From: a virus
Taxonomy: Duplodnaviria > Caudoviricetes
Virus record (IMG/VR): IMGVR_UViG_3300048852_000114
Span: 1-28,016 of that record
Direction: 5' to 3' (one strand)
Length of the DNA stretch: 28,016 bases
Made by a program: the position numbers and the translations under genes. Of this stretch, positions 24,870 through 28,016 are shown in pieces. The notes below the pieces were generated by a model. It did no database searches. It was given only the letters and a program-made list of their open reading frames with translations, and had not been told where the DNA came from. Position 1 is the first letter of the stretch. Each line of letters starts with the position of its first letter.

Positions 24870-26437
24870 GCCGCCTCTTCTTCGGCTGGAAAGAGGGCGT
24901 CGGGCATGTAATCCGGATCGTCGCCAGCAACGCTCATGATCCGAAGACGCACCCGAAATCCGATATCGGCGCGTTTCTGTTCGACAGCGAGAACGCCGCG
25001 ATCGGCTATGGGGATCTGCGGGCCAATGTAACGGTAAACCCGAACAGCTTGGTTTGGGTTAATGCGGTCTGGACCGACAACTACATCAACGGCCAGGTCA
25101 ACGCGCGAACCTGGGGGTATGGCTCAGGGGGCGGCATCCTTGAAATCCTCGCGATACCGTCGACTATATTCCCGAGCCTGAATTCGTTTTATTTCATCAC
25201 CTTCGACGACACGGCATGGAAGCAGGTTTGGTCATCATATGGGATGGCTTATCCCGGCAGCAGCGACACGTACAATGTGACGCGTCGCGGCTCTGCGGAT
25301 CGATTCCAATCGATGACCGTGCCCACAAACACGGGCGGCGTGTGGGGAGCCACGGGCTATTCCTATCTCGACCCGAGAAGCACGCTAACCGACACCGATC
25401 CCAATGCCCAGATCGGGACAGGGGCTTCCACGGTCAGCATCGGGGACATTCCAACAAAGCGCTTCTCGTTCTACAGCCTCGACCTTCCGGTCGACAGCAC
25501 CGCTTATCCGCTGGTACCGCCCGGCCCGCCGACGCCGGGCATGATGGCGGTCCAGCTCGATTCGAGGCTTGGCATCGCCAAGATGGCGAAGACGGGGTTC
25601 GACGCCAGAACTGCGAATTCCGACCAGCTGTTATTCGACAGTTCGAAGATCCCCATGAAGGTCATCCGGACCGGCGGGAATTTGATCATCAATCCCGGCG
25701 CTGTCGCCGGAGTGCCGCTCGGCGCGGCTTACGACACGTCGATCTTCGTCGACTACATGGTGCAATCGACTGGATCAGGAAATCTGTGGCTGCCGGCGTG
25801 GCCGGACAATCCGGCGCTCTTTCTGAATGTCCAATACCGCATCAACGGGTCGACACTGGAATTTTACAACACCAGCTCAGTGCAGGTGTCCGTGCGCTAT
25901 GTCGTCATGGCCGCTGATAGCCTGGCGCCCTCGGTTGGTACTGCCAAGGTGTATGATGCGGTCGCCGATAGCCATTTTGTGATCCGCCGCCCCGGCTCGG
26001 CCGGAACGCGGCTGAAAGACACGATCGTCGACAGTCGTCTGGCCTATCTGCCGATCGTGCAACAGGGATGGGTGCCGTTCAGCTCGTTTGTGCCGTCTAG
26101 CGGTCCCGCTGGCACGCACCAATATACAGCGAGTTGGGCAAACCCTGGCAACTTCAAGCCGTGGGTCTTGGCGAAGGCGGCGCGACAGCACAAGACAACG
26201 GGGCAGATCGTCTATCAGGACTTCTTCGCCAAATACATCAGCCAGTACAGCTACTTCTCGGACAGCACCTTCATGTGCAGCCTGACCGACACGGCGGCGG
26301 CCTTCTACGCGTCGAACGGCAACAGGTTTGAGGATGCATACCGGCGAGACATCTCGCCGCCACAAGTGGTCCGAACCTCGTCCTACACGACGATCGGCAT
26401 CCGCTACTACGTCTTCGCCATCCCGACCAACCTCTGA
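24866..26437 (+). CDS. Beta-rich tail tip / receptor-binding candidate
   Basis: ATGA overlap with J; three repeated (F/L/T)(L/I)(F/V)DS modules; aromatic/Ser/Thr-rich. Confidence 0.7.
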   Translation: MSRLFFGWKEGVGHVIRIVASNAHDPKTHPKSDIGAFLFDSENAAIGYGDLRANVTVNPNSLVWVNAVWTDNYINGQVNARTWGYGSGGGILEILAIPSTIFPSLNSFYFITFDDTAWKQVWSSYGMAYPGSSDTYNVTRRGSADRFQSMTVPTNTGGVWGATGYSYLDPRSTLTDTDPNAQIGTGASTVSIGDIPTKRFSFYSLDLPVDSTAYPLVPPGPPTPGMMAVQLDSRLGIAKMAKTGFDARTANSDQLLFDSSKIPMKVIRTGGNLIINPGAVAGVPLGAAYDTSIFVDYMVQSTGSGNLWLPAWPDNPALFLNVQYRINGSTLEFYNTSSVQVSVRYVVMAADSLAPSVGTAKVYDAVADSHFVIRRPGSAGTRLKDTIVDSRLAYLPIVQQGWVPFSSFVPSSGPAGTHQYTASWANPGNFKPWVLAKAARQHKTTGQIVYQDFFAKYISQYSYFSDSTFMCSLTDTAAAFYASNGNRFEDAYRRDISPPQVVRTSSYTTIGIRYYVFAIPTNL

Positions 26438-26449
26438 ATGAGGGACACC

Positions 26450-26668
26450 ATGTCCAAAGCCGATGAGGCCCGCGCGAACCGCGAGGCCAATCACCCCGAC
26501 GCGCCCGCCGAACAGCCGGCACCGGTTGCATCCGAAGCCGAACAGCCGCCCAAGGCATCGCTGGGCCCGCTCGGGCAGTTCTTCCGACGCGAGGCTGAGT
26601 TCTATCGAGGGGAGGCGCTGAACATGGCCGTGATGCTCGAGCGCCTGGCCACGGCCGAGAAAGAGTAA
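26450..26668 (+). CDS. Small hypothetical tail-region protein
   Basis: GAGGGA RBS, 72 aa, fills the gap before the fibre gene. Confidence 0.7.
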   Translation: MSKADEARANREANHPDAPAEQPAPVASEAEQPPKASLGPLGQFFRREAEFYRGEALNMAVMLERLATAEKE

Positions 26669-26670
26669 CC

Positions 26671-27774
26671 ATGTCGGACACCCTCGACTACACCGACGGC
26701 ACGATCACGCTTACTCAGGGATCGTCGGACTTCACGACGGTAGGTTCCGCGCTGGTGGCGGTCGACATCCGAGCTGGCGACACGATCCTGATCAAGGGCT
26801 GGAGTGCTGTCATCGCCTCCATAACCGGCCAGAATTCCGGCACGTTGGCGGAGCCTTGGGCCCAAGCGACGCAGACGGATGAGCCGCTCCGCATCCGTCG
26901 CGCGCCGATCGTCAGCCGCCTCACTGCTTTCGTCCAGAACCTGCTGCAACGTCTGGACAACGGCAATCTCGAAGCTCTGGCCGCCCTCAACCTGGTTGGC
27001 GACCAGATGATCTATTCCAACGGCCCGGGCAGCCTGACGACAGGTCCATTCAAGGACTTTGCCAAGTCCTTCCTGGGCTCCGTTGATTCCGCCGCGGCGC
27101 TTGATGCACTTGGCGCTACCGACATCGGCAAATTGCTGATTGCTGCCGCCAATGCCGGCGCTGCACAGGATGCCATTGGCGCGTCCGCCACAGGCAAGGC
27201 TGTGCTTACGGCCGCCAACCAGGGGGCGGCACAGGACGCGGTTGGCGCAACCGTCGTTGGAAAGGCCTTGATCATTGCCGTTGACCAGGCGGCGGGGCGA
27301 GCAGCGATTGCCGCTCAACAACAGGATGATCAGCTTTCAGCTATTGCAGCTCTCACCGGCCTGGGTGGTGCCTTCATCAGATGGACTGGCGCATCGTCGG
27401 CGGTGATGCAGGCGATACGAGGTCAATGCTCTCAAACCGATAGCGTACCGACTGGAGCGCTATTCGAGTTTTTCTCAAACGCCAATGGCGATTGCCTGCG
27501 ATCCGCAGGCGGTGCGCAGATATGCTATTCCCGGTTAAATTTCGGGGGCACTGGTGCAGGGATTAGGACTGTGAACTGGACCTACCCCGCCGCCTTCGCC
27601 CACGACCCGATATTGCTTGGCTCTCCTGAAGGCTTCGGCGAGGCCTTCAGGTTCGTTGGCATTTCCGGTCCTGGCAAGCCGGGGCCAACCGTCGCAGCGG
27701 CCTCCATTGAGGTCACCTCTGCCGGCGCGGGGACAGTCATATGCCAGGTCGCGACAATCGGGAGGTGGTTTTGA
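26671..27774 (+). CDS. Tail fibre protein
   Basis: N-terminal YTDGTITLTQGS...G anchor, Ala-rich repeats, C-terminal SNANG....G.QIC...TYPAAF...ATIGRWF domain. Confidence 0.88.
   Translation: MSDTLDYTDGTITLTQGSSDFTTVGSALVAVDIRAGDTILIKGWSAVIASITGQNSGTLAEPWAQATQTDEPLRIRRAPIVSRLTAFVQNLLQRLDNGNLEALAALNLVGDQMIYSNGPGSLTTGPFKDFAKSFLGSVDSAAALDALGATDIGKLLIAAANAGAAQDAIGASATGKAVLTAANQGAAQDAVGATVVGKALIIAVDQAAGRAAIAAQQQDDQLSAIAALTGLGGAFIRWTGASSAVMQAIRGQCSQTDSVPTGALFEFFSNANGDCLRSAGGAQICYSRLNFGGTGAGIRTVNWTYPAAFAHDPILLGSPEGFGEAFRFVGISGPGKPGPTVAAASIEVTSAGAGTVICQVATIGRWF
27052..27315 (+). repeat. Four 22-aa (66-bp) degenerate repeats in the fibre shaft
   Basis: KDFAKSFLGSVDSAAALDALGA / TDIGKLLIAAANAGAAQDAIGA / SATGKAVLTAANQGAAQDAVGA / TVVGKALIIAVDQAAGRAAIAA. 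Confidence 0.85.
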
Positions 27775-28016
27775 TGCGCGTCTCGTTTTCTCCGCAGCGT
27801 CGCGACGACAATCTGGTGGTGTCCAAGCTCGGCGACATCCTCACGATCAACGGCAAGGCCTTCGATTTCTCGCCTCTGCCCGATGGAGCAACCATTCCGG
27901 CCGGCGAAGTGCCCTGCGAATGGATCATTGGACCGGTGGAGCGCATTGCTGGCGACCTTCAGCTAACGCTGCTCCTGCCGCATGGGCCGGATCCTTCGGG
28001 GGCGGTTGCCTTTCCG
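27774..28016 (+). CDS. Fibre-associated protein (partial, runs off right edge)
   Basis: Not in the ORF track. TGATG overlap, GGAGG RBS; MRVSFSPQRRDDNLVVSKLGDILTINGKAFDFSPLPDGATIP...LTLLLPHG. Confidence 0.85.
   Translation, partial: MRVSFSPQRRDDNLVVSKLGDILTINGKAFDFSPLPDGATIPAGEVPCEWIIGPVERIAGDLQLTLLLPHGPDPSGAVAFP

Larger units (their letters stand above)
1..28016. mobile_element. Temperate siphovirus / prophage segment (immunity, replication, HK97-type head, non-contractile tail); both ends outside the window
   Basis: Canonical lambdoid gene order from repressor/cro through terminase, portal, protease, capsid, tail tube, tape measure and fibre; no host housekeeping genes. Confidence 0.97.

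Noticed and set aside
26671-27774. Diversity-generating retroelement or invertible fibre cassette
   Set aside because: No reverse transcriptase, template/variable repeat pair, invertase or inverted crossover sites seen in the window.
9387-28016. Gene transfer agent cluster
   Set aside because: Several genes are GTA-like, but a repressor switch, initiator with origin, HNH and cos-like region indicate a genuine temperate phage.

Overview
The window is a contiguous, mostly intact temperate siphovirus (prophage) segment. Protein style and a GAAC-N7-GAAC box suggest an alphaproteobacterial, Rhizobiaceae-like host (inference). Left to right: a leftward early operon (partial, very acidic protein; Rha-domain protein); a lambda-like switch (CI-like repressor, Cro-like gene, five 17-bp operators); a rightward early operon (HicB-like microprotein, replication initiator with four internal iterons, an apparently frameshifted XRE gene, an RNase HI fusion); a LexA-box-preceded unit (367-aa Cys-motif protein coupled to a DUF6456-like late regulator); a late promoter/terminator and HNH gene; an inserted two-gene cassette with RexAB-like architecture; a putative cos region; an HK97-type head module; and a non-contractile tail module with a -1 frameshift chaperone, an antisense exported-protein moron, tape measure, tail tip and fibre genes. 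No integrase, lysis genes, RNA genes or CRISPR were seen. Best candidates for new biology: the soluble + 4-TM cassette at 7882-9260, and an apparently non-cleavable repressor paired with a LexA-boxed operon feeding the late regulator. All family calls come from motif recognition by eye; no searches were run.
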